64,000 bases of DNA from a virus, in the IMG/VR virus record IMGVR_UViG_3300022407_006288, positions 32,001 to 96,000 of that record, one strand, 5' to 3'. Shown one piece after another: positions 31,142 through 39,721 of the stretch. Each line of letters starts with the position of its first letter. The first letter of the stretch is position 1. The position numbers and the translations under genes were made by a program. The notes under the pieces are model-generated. The model saw nothing but the letters and a program-made list of their open reading frames with translations, was not told the origin of the DNA and did not search any database.

Positions 31142-31504
31142 GTGTTTCTAAATAAATTTATAAGGAATACTATGCTTTATTTAACAATATACACTGACTT
31201 AATGCCTGATCGGTTTAGCGGATATACAATAGGTCCTTTTATTCTTATTAGGCCTAAATATCGCCACGATCAAGGCTTACTTGAACACGAAAAGATACAT
31301 GTTAGGCAATTTTGGCGCAGTTTTGGTTTATTTGGTGTTGCATACTATCTATCTAAAAAGAAAAGATTTGAGTACGAAGTAGAAGCATATCGTGAACAAC
31401 TCAAGTATTCATCCGGACTAGAACAAAAGTTTGCTCGATTTCTAACCAACAACTACAACTTAGATATTACAGAATATGAAGCCTTGCAGGAATTGATAAG
31501 ATAA
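31142..31504 (+). CDS. Small HExxH metallopeptidase-like protein
   Basis: GYTIGPFILI...LLEHEKIHVRQ...FEYEVEAY. Confidence 0.55.
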   Translation: MFLNKFIRNTMLYLTIYTDLMPDRFSGYTIGPFILIRPKYRHDQGLLEHEKIHVRQFWRSFGLFGVAYYLSKKKRFEYEVEAYREQLKYSSGLEQKFARFLTNNYNLDITEYEALQELIR

Positions 31505-31765
31505 CAACTTATTATTACCTATCTTTACTATTATTGCAATTAATAATGGTAAATACTTGTACAGTAAGCAATATATTGGGCCTTAAGAAGATAACTTAAC
31601 TGACTTGGCAGATCACTATCACTTGTTACACTTACTGCACAATTAAATTGTGACTATTTTGCAGTAATCACAATATCTAGTTCGATATAAATTCGTGTTC
31701 TGTAATGGAGATCGGTTTTATTGATTGATATTTTTAAATATATAACTAATTTTAAATAAAATTCA

Positions 31766-32005
31766 ATGGAATTAATAGGCTGGATTGGAAGTGCATTGCT
31801 TGCTTTGTGCGGTGTGCCATTAGCATGGCAAACTATCAAACAAAAACATGCTCGCTATATGTCAAATACATTTTTGGCCATGTGGTTAATTGGCGAAATA
31901 TTGACCTTTGCCTATATTTTACCTAAAAGGGATTACCCTTTACTGCTAAATTACAGTCTAAACATTGTGTGTCTTATGATTGTGGTTAGGTATAAATTTA
32001 AATAA
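31766..32005 (+). CDS. PQ-loop / SemiSWEET-like three-helix membrane protein
   Basis: IGWIGSALLALCGVPLAW...PLLLNY; three hydrophobic segments; PQ appears as PL. Confidence 0.65.
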   Translation: MELIGWIGSALLALCGVPLAWQTIKQKHARYMSNTFLAMWLIGEILTFAYILPKRDYPLLLNYSLNIVCLMIVVRYKFK

Positions 32006-32034
32006 TTTTTAATATAACAGGAAAACTTAGCATA

Positions 32035-32613
32035 TTAATTTTTAGGGGGCTGAATATTGTAAGATAGCCAGCCTGTTACAATATACTTGTTGCTAGCAGG
32101 TGTTTTCCCCCTGTGCATAAATGTCCATGTTGCCGGAAATATCAGCATACGACCTTGCACTGGCTTAATCAAAGTCCCATCGTGGAATTCTGTTTCCCCG
32201 CCCTCTGGAACGTCGTTTAGATACCAAATGTAAGTAAGAGATCGAGCATAGTTATTTTTTACGCGACCATCGTGATGCCATACATATCCTCCTCCCGGAA
32301 CAGTTTTTTGTATTTGATAACCCTCATCTTGAATATCTGTGGAATTAAAGATGCGAATATTTGGCAAAATCTGATCTATGTGCTTTTTATATTCTGGAAA
32401 ATATTTATATAAAGTATCAAAGAACACTGTATCCTCCTGTTGCCAGTCCTCTAATCTACTTATATTTAAGTCAGTACTACTTTTTATATCTGGTAGATAC
32501 CCGCCACTTGTCTTGCCTACACAACTCCGTGAATCTGAATCAAATCTTCTAATTACATGTTGACAAAAATCTGAAGATAGTACATTATCACATACCCAAA
32601 TAAACGGGTTCAT
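32035..32613 (-). CDS. 2OG-Fe(II) oxygenase (prolyl-hydroxylase-like)
   Basis: WHHD, LTYIWYLND-EGGETEF, LIFPATWTFMHRG, KYIVTGW. Confidence 0.9.
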   Translation of the reverse strand: MNPFIWVCDNVLSSDFCQHVIRRFDSDSRSCVGKTSGGYLPDIKSSTDLNISRLEDWQQEDTVFFDTLYKYFPEYKKHIDQILPNIRIFNSTDIQDEGYQIQKTVPGGGYVWHHDGRVKNNYARSLTYIWYLNDVPEGGETEFHDGTLIKPVQGRMLIFPATWTFMHRGKTPASNKYIVTGWLSYNIQPPKN

Positions 32614-32616
32614 ACT

Positions 32617-34443
32617 TTACCCAGTCCTCTTCCACATAAACACTGTAATAGACGGTTGATAGTTAAGGTTTGTACCTGCAACACCATTAGTGGCATTATT
32701 GACAGTAACAGTACCAGCAGGGGTTCCTGCGCCTGCACCGTTAACGGTAACAGTACCTGATATACTACCAGCATTATATAAGTTACCACTTGTTAACCAT
32801 GCTTCATTATCGTTGTCTGTGGCTTTCGAGCCGCCCACATTGGTTCTCCCAGAAAGTCCAAACGGACCGTTCCCTCCCACCCTAAAATCCTCCCCCCAAC
32901 TAGAATCATGCTGGTGATTAGGGAGGGTGACATTACTAAATGATGCACTGTGGGTGTGTGACCCAAGCGCAGAACCACCAAATGATGCTGTATGGCCATG
33001 AGTCACAATTGGGCTATTTGCAGAACCATACACTTTTTCTCCTGCATTAAATAATGGATTTGTTAAATCATATCCAATAGGTACATAACCCGCACCAAAT
33101 GCCACCCATGTTCCAAATCCCAGGAGCGTGGCGGGATTTGTGTTGTTCACAGCATTGATATATATTGACCCTAGCGGGTATAAAGCACTGAGTGCTGCCT
33201 GCACAAATGCTGTGGTAGCAATTTTTGTTGTGTTATTTCCCAGCGGTTGAGTCACAGCAGTTACTGCGCTGGGTATTGCACCAACTAAATTTTCTGCCGG
33301 CACTGCACCCCCTAATGCCGAAGCCCAGGTCAATGTTCCTGACCCGTCGTTTATAAGCGATAAATATGATCCCCCCGCGGGAACTGAACTGGGGAATGTA
33401 TATGTCTGCCCGTTGAGTGTTACTGTACCAGACACCTTAAAAGTACCAGTAACATCCAGTGTATTGGTTGGTGCGCCACCAATGCCAACATTACCGTTGG
33501 CATCAATTCTCATTCTCTCTGCGCTTTGTGTACCAAATACCAAGGGATAAGATTCAAGTGTAAAAACAGCACCAGCACCTCCAGCATCAAATGCATTTCC
33601 GCTACCCATGGCTAGTACAGCCGGACCGCTTGAGCGAACATTAATATATCCATTTCCAGATCCGGATGTGTCTAAAATATCCAGCATTGATTCAGGAGAA
33701 TTAGTGCCAATACCCACTTGTCCGGTATTTTTGATTGTTAGTCTTGGTGTATTTGTTACTGCTAAATCTTTAGTTCCAAATAAGGAATTAGAAAATTGCC
33801 AATCACCGGTTGTTTTATCAAATCCCAGCTGACCAGCAAATCCAGTTGTTGAGTATCTGTTTGTACCATCGTTATATCTGTTTGCCCACAATAACATTTG
33901 ATTAGTATTACCGGTATACCAATTTACCTGGTTGGGCTGCGTACTTGATCCAATGGCAACACCGGGCCCATATGTTTCAAAGTTAGTAGGTGCAGGTGGT
34001 ATATCAACCCAGCTGCTATTATTCCAGTAGCTTATTTTGTTTTTGGTCAAGTCATAAAAAGTTTGACCAGCAGCCGGGGAAGCTGGCACAGAGTTCTTGG
34101 GCTGAAAAGTAACACTGCCAAAGGCAACATCCATTTCAACACCGGAGCCTGCCACAGTGACCCACTCTGGCGGATCTTCCTTGAGACTGGTCACATTATA
34201 ACTTAAGAAGTTACTGCCAATACCAGGCTGAAACCATATTTGGCCCAAAATAGCATTAGTAGGCCCAGTTGCGCTTGATGCAAAATTTTCCAACAAATCT
34301 ACCAAACTCTGATCAACAGGTGATCCGTAACCGGAAAAATTTCTTCCCGGTAGTAATAGACTAGTATCTGTATTTAGGCTATTTTCATAAACCGTAATAG
34401 TTCCACCAGAATAGGTGAGCGTATAATCATTTACATTTGACAT
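32617..34443 (-). CDS. Tail fibre paralog B
   Basis: N-terminal ~370 aa closely similar to 34603-36354; distinct C-terminus LYPLGSIYI...LLGFGTW...NYQPSITVFMWKRTG. Confidence 0.75.
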   Translation of the reverse strand: MSNVNDYTLTYSGGTITVYENSLNTDTSLLLPGRNFSGYGSPVDQSLVDLLENFASSATGPTNAILGQIWFQPGIGSNFLSYNVTSLKEDPPEWVTVAGSGVEMDVAFGSVTFQPKNSVPASPAAGQTFYDLTKNKISYWNNSSWVDIPPAPTNFETYGPGVAIGSSTQPNQVNWYTGNTNQMLLWANRYNDGTNRYSTTGFAGQLGFDKTTGDWQFSNSLFGTKDLAVTNTPRLTIKNTGQVGIGTNSPESMLDILDTSGSGNGYINVRSSGPAVLAMGSGNAFDAGGAGAVFTLESYPLVFGTQSAERMRIDANGNVGIGGAPTNTLDVTGTFKVSGTVTLNGQTYTFPSSVPAGGSYLSLINDGSGTLTWASALGGAVPAENLVGAIPSAVTAVTQPLGNNTTKIATTAFVQAALSALYPLGSIYINAVNNTNPATLLGFGTWVAFGAGYVPIGYDLTNPLFNAGEKVYGSANSPIVTHGHTASFGGSALGSHTHSASFSNVTLPNHQHDSSWGEDFRVGGNGPFGLSGRTNVGGSKATDNDNEAWLTSGNLYNAGSISGTVTVNGAGAGTPAGTVTVNNATNGVAGTNLNYQPSITVFMWKRTG

Positions 34444-34513
34444 AGAAATTTTCCTCTATTTTATTTATTTATCGGCTCGTTATATCTAATATCCAATAAA
34501 GCTTTTATACTTT

Positions 34514-34594
34514 TTACGATGCTGTGTAGAAAGAAATAGACACATAGCCATTTCTGCTACCACCGTTTCCTGCACCTTGACTGGGATGAAACAT
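34514..34594 (-). pseudogene. Remnant C-terminus of a Gly-rich fibre/adhesin gene
   Basis: MFHPSQGAGNGGSRNGYVSISFYTAS*, located between the two fibre paralogs. Confidence 0.35.
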
Positions 34595-34602
34595 TAGTAC
34601 AC

Positions 34603-36354
34603 TCAGGCGCCGGTAGTCTTCATGATGTAGCAGAGTGCATAGTATGCTGGTACATTTTTACCAGTACCTGATACCCCACTATTAGTGATAGTATGATTGT
34701 GTCCTCCTGCTGCACTAGTTCCTAAATTGGGAGCAGAAACACCTCCGACCCAGCCTTGGGTGTAAGATCCACCATTATCAACACTAAATAAAAAATTAGC
34801 ACCAGATGAAAGGTGAGTGTGATTACCAACAGCACCTAGGGTGTGCGTATGGTCAACAATCACAGCATCATCACTACCACCCGAAGTTAACGCAGTAGCC
34901 GCATTTGCCCCTCTTATAAACATGCCCACCAGGTTGGGTGTGCTATTGGTACCATCACACAACGCCCAACCTGTGGGAATGGTAGCAGCAGTACCATTCC
35001 ACATGATGATTGCACCGTAAGGTAAAACGTTATGAACAAATGCAGTGGTGGCCAGTGCAGTGCTCTTAGTGTTTGCTGCCATTGTGGCGCCGGTGTTGGC
35101 GCTGCCGTCAATACTAACTCCTGTTAAGGTCTGAGATGCACTTACACGAGTCAAAGAAATATCTGTAGTGCCAATATATAGACTGGAGTTACCTAAAACT
35201 GTTCTTGGTATTGTGCCTATTAAATTTTCTGCCGGTAAAATTGCATATGCCGGCGCCCAGGTCAATGTTCCTGACCCGTTAGTGGTAAGAACATTCCCGT
35301 TTGCACCACCAGTTGCCGGGAATGTATAAGTTTGTGCGTTAAGTGTTACAGCACCAGACACTTTAAAAGTACCAGTAACATCCAGTGTATTGGTTGCAGT
35401 ACCACCAATACCAACATTACCGCTAGCATCAATACGCATACGTTGTGTATTATTTGTACCAAATACCAAAGGAAATGCTCCGGGTGTAAACACCGCACCA
35501 GCACCACCAGCATCAAACAACACACCACTATTTAATGATAATATAGAACTACCGTTATTGCTAATATTAGCATATGCGTTTCCAGATCCGGATGTGTTTA
35601 CAATATCTAAATTGGCCTGCGGTGTAGAAGTCCCAATACCAACTTGTCCGTTACTTTTAATTGTTAATCTTGGTATATTTGTTAAAGCAGAATCTTTAGT
35701 TCCAGATACGGAATTAGAAAATTGCCAATCGCCGGTTGTTTTATCAAACCCCAGCTGCCCGGCAAATCCGGTTGATGAATATTTATTGGCACCATCGTTA
35801 TATCTATTTGCCCATAGCAGTATTTGGTTAACATTACCAGTATACCAATTTACCTGATTTGCTTGAGTACTTGACCCAATAGCAACTCCGGGCCCATATA
35901 TTTCAAACTCAGCGCTTGTAGGTGGCAAATCAATCCACTGATTACTATCCCAATAACTTATTTTTTCTTTAGTTGAGTCATAATATGTTTGACCATCTGC
36001 GGGTGCAGTTGGTGCAGTTGCCCTTGGTTCAAAAGTAACACTGCCAAAGGCCACATCCATCCCAACACCAGAACCCGCTACCTTAACCCATGTGGGGCTT
36101 CCCTTAACATCACTTGTGTTATAATTTAAAAAATTATTATTGGTACCAGGCTGAAACCATATTTGGCCCTTGATGGTATTAGCAGGACTAGTTGTGCTTG
36201 ATGCAAAATTTTCTAACAAATCTACTAAATCCTGATCAACTGGTGATCCATATCCGGAGTAATGTCTTCCCGGAAGTGACAGACTAGTTTCGGTATTTAG
36301 GCTATTATCGAGAACTATAATAGAACCACCGGAATAGTTAATTGTGTATGACAT
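34603..36354 (-). CDS. Tail fibre paralog A with a collar-type C-terminus
   Basis: Shared N-terminus; C-terminal LPYGAIIMWNG...PTGWALCDGTNSTPNL...NVPAYYALCYIMKT. Confidence 0.78.
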   Translation of the reverse strand: MSYTINYSGGSIIVLDNSLNTETSLSLPGRHYSGYGSPVDQDLVDLLENFASSTTSPANTIKGQIWFQPGTNNNFLNYNTSDVKGSPTWVKVAGSGVGMDVAFGSVTFEPRATAPTAPADGQTYYDSTKEKISYWDSNQWIDLPPTSAEFEIYGPGVAIGSSTQANQVNWYTGNVNQILLWANRYNDGANKYSSTGFAGQLGFDKTTGDWQFSNSVSGTKDSALTNIPRLTIKSNGQVGIGTSTPQANLDIVNTSGSGNAYANISNNGSSILSLNSGVLFDAGGAGAVFTPGAFPLVFGTNNTQRMRIDASGNVGIGGTATNTLDVTGTFKVSGAVTLNAQTYTFPATGGANGNVLTTNGSGTLTWAPAYAILPAENLIGTIPRTVLGNSSLYIGTTDISLTRVSASQTLTGVSIDGSANTGATMAANTKSTALATTAFVHNVLPYGAIIMWNGTAATIPTGWALCDGTNSTPNLVGMFIRGANAATALTSGGSDDAVIVDHTHTLGAVGNHTHLSSGANFLFSVDNGGSYTQGWVGGVSAPNLGTSAAGGHNHTITNSGVSGTGKNVPAYYALCYIMKTTGA

Positions 36355-36450
36355 AGCAAGTTTTCTCCATTTTGCTTATTTATCATTTAGTACAAGGATA
36401 ATAATTTATTAATGTTTGTAGATAAATACTTTTTTAATCAAGGATACGTT

Positions 36451-36840
36451 ATGAGATTAGATGAAATTATTAATGAAGCCGGCGAGGTTATTGATCGGCC
36501 GCCAGTAAAACAGCAAGAAGAAGTTCCACTTTATGTGCCAGGTGGTGCAACTGTTATGATTTTAAATGATGATGTAACTCCTGCCGAAGTTGTTGTTGCA
36601 GCCGTAATGTACGGAACAGGACTCAGCGCCGGTGAAGCTGTTCGCAGAATGGAACAGGCACATCAAGGTGGATGGGCAGCAGTTGCCAGTTATGCCAATC
36701 GCGATGTTGCTGAAACAGTTGCATCAAAAATTGAAAATCATGCACGCAATAATACCAACTATGATCACTATAGACGTTTTGTAAATTTTCATGGACCTTG
36801 GCCGCTAGCAGCAGAAGTTATGGATGCAGATCAAACATAA
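36451..36840 (+). CDS. clpS: ClpS-family N-degron adaptor
   Basis: VMILNDDVTPAEVV...M..AH (Asn-to-His spacing 32 as in E. coli ClpS), DVAET; AAGGA RBS; late promoter at 36421. Confidence 0.8.
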   Translation: MRLDEIINEAGEVIDRPPVKQQEEVPLYVPGGATVMILNDDVTPAEVVVAAVMYGTGLSAGEAVRRMEQAHQGGWAAVASYANRDVAETVASKIENHARNNTNYDHYRRFVNFHGPWPLAAEVMDADQT

Positions 36841-36849
36841 AATCCATAA

Positions 36850-36877
36850 TTGACAAAGACAACAGTTACTGTATACT
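36850..36877 (+). promoter_or_regulatory. Sigma70-type promoter for tRNA-Ser
   Basis: TTGACA-16 bp-TATACT, ending 9 nt before the tRNA start. Confidence 0.7.
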
Positions 36878-36885
36878 AGCAGAAC

Positions 36886-36973
36886 GGAGCAATGCGTGAA
36901 GGGTTAAACGAACAGATTGCTAATCTGTGACTGCGCAAGCGGTCTGTAGGTTCGAGTCCTACTTGCTCCGCCA
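36886..36973 (+). tRNA. tRNA-Ser(GCT)
   Basis: Acceptor GGAGCAA/TTGCTCC; anticodon arm ACAGA-TT-GCT-AA-TCTGT; long variable arm; GGTTCGAGTCC; CCA encoded. Confidence 0.93.
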
Positions 36974-36991
36974 ACCATTTATACTTAATAT

Positions 36992-37261
36992 ATGCAACAG
37001 AATAACGATTCATTAAAAGCACACATTACCAATATTCAAAATCACCTTGAGTATGCACTTGATGTTGCAAAGCGAATGCAGGATGAAGTGCAAACTAGCG
37101 AAGGGGATAGCGAATTATTTCGTAAAATTTCTTATTATTTAGCCCCAAATCTCAATCACTGGATCAATGGTGCACAATCGGGTAGCATCAAGGATCTTGA
37201 GTCTCTACTTAAAAGTAGAGACAACCCGACGCCTGATAAAAAGAAAAGCAAAGATAAATAA
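36992..37261 (+). CDS. Hypothetical protein
   Basis: 89-aa ORF following the tRNA. Confidence 0.6.
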   Translation: MQQNNDSLKAHITNIQNHLEYALDVAKRMQDEVQTSEGDSELFRKISYYLAPNLNHWINGAQSGSIKDLESLLKSRDNPTPDKKKSKDK

Positions 37262-37281
37262 CCATATAAACAAGGCATTTT

Positions 37282-37689
37282 ATGCAATTCTTAGCATTTT
37301 TAATAAAGTATAAAAATTTTGCAATTACAGGCATTGTGCTATTGTGCACATGCTTGTGCTTTTTGTATGTAAATCACCTTTATACACAAAATAAAACACT
37401 ATCGGCAGAAAATACCGTACTAACACTAAAGTTAGAAACATCAAATGCATCAGTGCAGGTATTACAAACTGCCATCGACGAGCAAAATACTGCAATAGAT
37501 AAATTTAAATCAGCAGCAGATGATAGAGTAGCAGCCCATGCAGCCGAAATTGCAGCAGCACATGCAACAGCAGAAACATATAAGAAAAAAGCATCAGTTA
37601 TTATGCGCAGTTTGCCCAGTGATGCAAATAAGTGCAAGGCTGCTAATGATTTGATCAATCAGGAGATTTTGAAAAATGTTAAAAAGTAG
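37282..37689 (+). CDS. Inner-membrane spanin (Rz-like)
   Basis: N-terminal TM segment followed by an Ala-rich coiled coil; overlaps a lipoprotein gene. Confidence 0.75.
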   Translation: MQFLAFLIKYKNFAITGIVLLCTCLCFLYVNHLYTQNKTLSAENTVLTLKLETSNASVQVLQTAIDEQNTAIDKFKSAADDRVAAHAAEIAAAHATAETYKKKASVIMRSLPSDANKCKAANDLINQEILKNVKK

Positions 37690-37948
37690 TTTTTCTCTCG
37701 TGCTTGTATTAGTATTATCGGCCTGCGCAACTCCCGCACCGGGAATTAAAGTTGTTGTACAAAAAGTAGAAGTGCCCATTGCAACACCGTGCAAAGCAGC
37801 CGTACCCGGCCTACCTAAGTATAATTTTGATTCATTAACAGTGGATGATGATATTTTTATTAAAAATAAAGCATTGCTTGCAGACAGATTATTGCATTTG
37901 GGGTATGAAAATGAACTTTTGGTTGCTTTAATTTCCTGTATTGAGTGA
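37676..37948 (+). CDS. Outer-membrane spanin lipoprotein (Rz1-like)
   Basis: Lipobox VLSAC followed by a Pro-rich region (VEVPIATPCK). Confidence 0.78.
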   Translation: MLKSSFSLVLVLVLSACATPAPGIKVVVQKVEVPIATPCKAAVPGLPKYNFDSLTVDDDIFIKNKALLADRLLHLGYENELLVALISCIE

Positions 37949-38126
37949 ATTAGTTTCACAAACATCAAATATGAATAAACATTTGCAAGAAAACAACCAA
38001 ACATATATTGAACATTTGGTATTTTCGTGGAAAATAGCACTAGCATTAATTGTTCACGGATTAATGCCTTGGTCATTGACCACATATGCCTCAGATAAAT
38101 TATGCAACAAAACTGATACAGAGTAA
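37941..38126 (+). CDS. Small hypothetical protein
   Basis: HLQENNQTYIEHL...LIVHGLMPW; the real start may be the ATG at 37968. Confidence 0.55.
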   Translation: MSELVSQTSNMNKHLQENNQTYIEHLVFSWKIALALIVHGLMPWSLTTYASDKLCNKTDTE

Positions 38127-38138
38127 AAGGAGATACAC

Positions 38139-38369
38139 ATGCTTCACGAATCAATTGCACACACTAGAAAAGAAGTCACAATCAAGGAAAGTCAAAGTTT
38201 TAGACTAAGAATGGTAAAGCACGAAGTTGTCAGTCCTAAAGGACTGTTCAATGTTGATATAATTCAGGAAGAATTAAAGCAAGACGGCACAATTATTCAG
38301 TCCAATACATACAATTTCTTTATGACTGCGCAAGAATTGCAAACATTGTCAACTGGTCTAACAGTATAA
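38139..38369 (+). CDS. Hypothetical protein
   Basis: AAGGAG RBS; 76 aa. Confidence 0.65.
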   Translation: MLHESIAHTRKEVTIKESQSFRLRMVKHEVVSPKGLFNVDIIQEELKQDGTIIQSNTYNFFMTAQELQTLSTGLTV

Positions 38370-38402
38370 ATCAAGTTTCTTAAAATTTTTATATAATAAT
38401 CA

Positions 38403-38900
38403 ATGAATTCTGAGCGCGACGAAAAATCCAACCTGGCCAAAGGCCAAAATAGTTACGATGCCAATATTGATGGCGCTATGGTAGAATTCTTTAACAAAAA
38501 TGTCAGCCCTTACCCCACCGATATAGGCAGTCCTGCATTTGATTTAGTACCTGTTACTAAACAAAAAGACATTATGTTAAATGTTGCTAGACTGTATGCA
38601 CAGCAAGAGTACACTAGAATAATGGACATGGTGCGTGTTTTAGAAAAACAAGCTCTTCAAATTAAGCGACGTTTATCTATCACAGATCAAGTACACGCTG
38701 CCGAGTACCAGTTTCAGGTATACCACGGTCAAATATATTGGTTGGTATTTGATTCTAGAAAAAATATTACTAGACTGGTACGTACTGGGCCAACTGCTTG
38801 GTTTTGTGGAAAACCCGAAGAGTACGAGTACATAGCACAGGTTAAATGGCTAGGTGACTACACTTGGATTGAACTTGACAATGACGGAAATCCAGTATAA
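38403..38900 (+). CDS. Conserved hypothetical protein (DUF2452-like)
   Basis: YPTDIGSPAF...LEKQA..IKRRL...GQIYWL...EYIAQVK. Confidence 0.55.
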   Translation: MNSERDEKSNLAKGQNSYDANIDGAMVEFFNKNVSPYPTDIGSPAFDLVPVTKQKDIMLNVARLYAQQEYTRIMDMVRVLEKQALQIKRRLSITDQVHAAEYQFQVYHGQIYWLVFDSRKNITRLVRTGPTAWFCGKPEEYEYIAQVKWLGDYTWIELDNDGNPV

Positions 38901-38930
38901 ACTGTATAAATACTTGAATAGGATAATATC

Positions 38931-39029
38931 ATAGCAATAAAAGGACCAAAATTAACCAAGACACGAGCCAAAAAAGTTAAAACTATGGCAACACGTGCCG
39001 CAAAGAAATCTCTTCGTATGAAGAAGTAA
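38931..39029 (+). CDS. Basic micro-peptide with a putative AUA start
   Basis: (M)AIKGPKLTKTRAKKVKTMATRAAKKSLRMKK*; AGGA 7 nt before ATA; TATAAATA promoter upstream. Confidence 0.45.
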   Translation: MAIKGPKLTKTRAKKVKTMATRAAKKSLRMKK

Positions 39030-39273
39030 GGAATTGTTGTAATTCCGGCAAAACAAAGGCGGGCAAGACGGCGGTTCGATTCCGCCCAGCTCCACCAAAA
39101 GCATATTGTAGAAACACACGAGCAGGTTTCACACTACCGCTGGTTACGTATAGAATCGTAAGTGGGTGTAGGCAGTATGCTTTTGATGGGGCTGACCAGG
39201 TTTTCGATTGCGCGAGATAGTGGAGCAGGCAACACAGTAGGCGATGACTGTCAATCAAGCAAAACTCGTAAAT

Positions 39274-39354
39274 GCAAACGCAAATACAACCGAGTCTCGC
39301 GTCGTGTTAGATCTTTCAGCTTTGGAAGACTCTGATATGATGATCGCTGCTTAA
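39274..39354 (+). other. tmRNA tag reading frame ANANTTESRVVLDLSALEDSDMMIAA*
   Basis: Translated from the GCA resume codon. Confidence 0.8.
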
Positions 39355-39402
39355 GAACCAGCAACTCTGAGGTTTGATCTAACCTTATAACCAAACTAGA
39401 TC

Positions 39403-39428
39403 AAGCAGGAGCTTCGGCTCCTGCTTTT
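39403..39428 (+). terminator. Terminator with UUCG loop ending the tmRNA
   Basis: AAGCAGGAGC-TTCG-GCTCCTGCTTTT. Confidence 0.85.
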
Positions 39429-39460
39429 ATGATAAATACAAAATAATAACGGGGGTAGGA

Positions 39461-39619
39461 ATGAAACAACGTAAATTAATTGCAAAAGTTTATCAGGCCT
39501 GTATTGAACACAACGATCACAAACTTGCAGAGCTACAGCGCAAAGAATTTGAAAAGATTTTTAAGCGTAAAGTCGAGGGCAAGCCATTTACTACCCGATG
39601 GATGATGATTAATTTGTAA
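39461..39619 (+). CDS. Small hypothetical protein (52 aa), not in the ORF track
   Basis: MKQRKLIAKVYQACIEHND...RWMMINL*; GATAAATA at 39431 and GGGGTAGGA RBS. Confidence 0.6.
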   Translation: MKQRKLIAKVYQACIEHNDHKLAELQRKEFEKIFKRKVEGKPFTTRWMMINL

Positions 39620-39721
39620 AATTTATCATGCTTGGCTAGTTGACAAATTGTAAAAACTTTATTAAACTAGTATAGATAGGTAAATAAGTACCTAATCTTT
39701 TATAACTAATAAGGAAATATT

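Larger units (their letters stand above)
39030..39428 (+). ncRNA. ssrA: Circularly permuted (two-piece) tmRNA
   Basis: The 3' acceptor end GACGGCGGTTCGATTCCGCCCAGCTCCACCA (ends 39097) precedes the 5' end GGGGCTG (39188). The stem has a G3-U70 pair; resume context is TAAAT-GCA; the tag ends in AA*. Confidence 0.9.

Noticed and set aside
32617-36354. Diversity-generating retroelement or invertase shufflon behind the fibre paralogs
   Set aside because: No reverse transcriptase, no adenine-variant TR/VR pair and no recombinase or inverted crossover sites were seen in the window.
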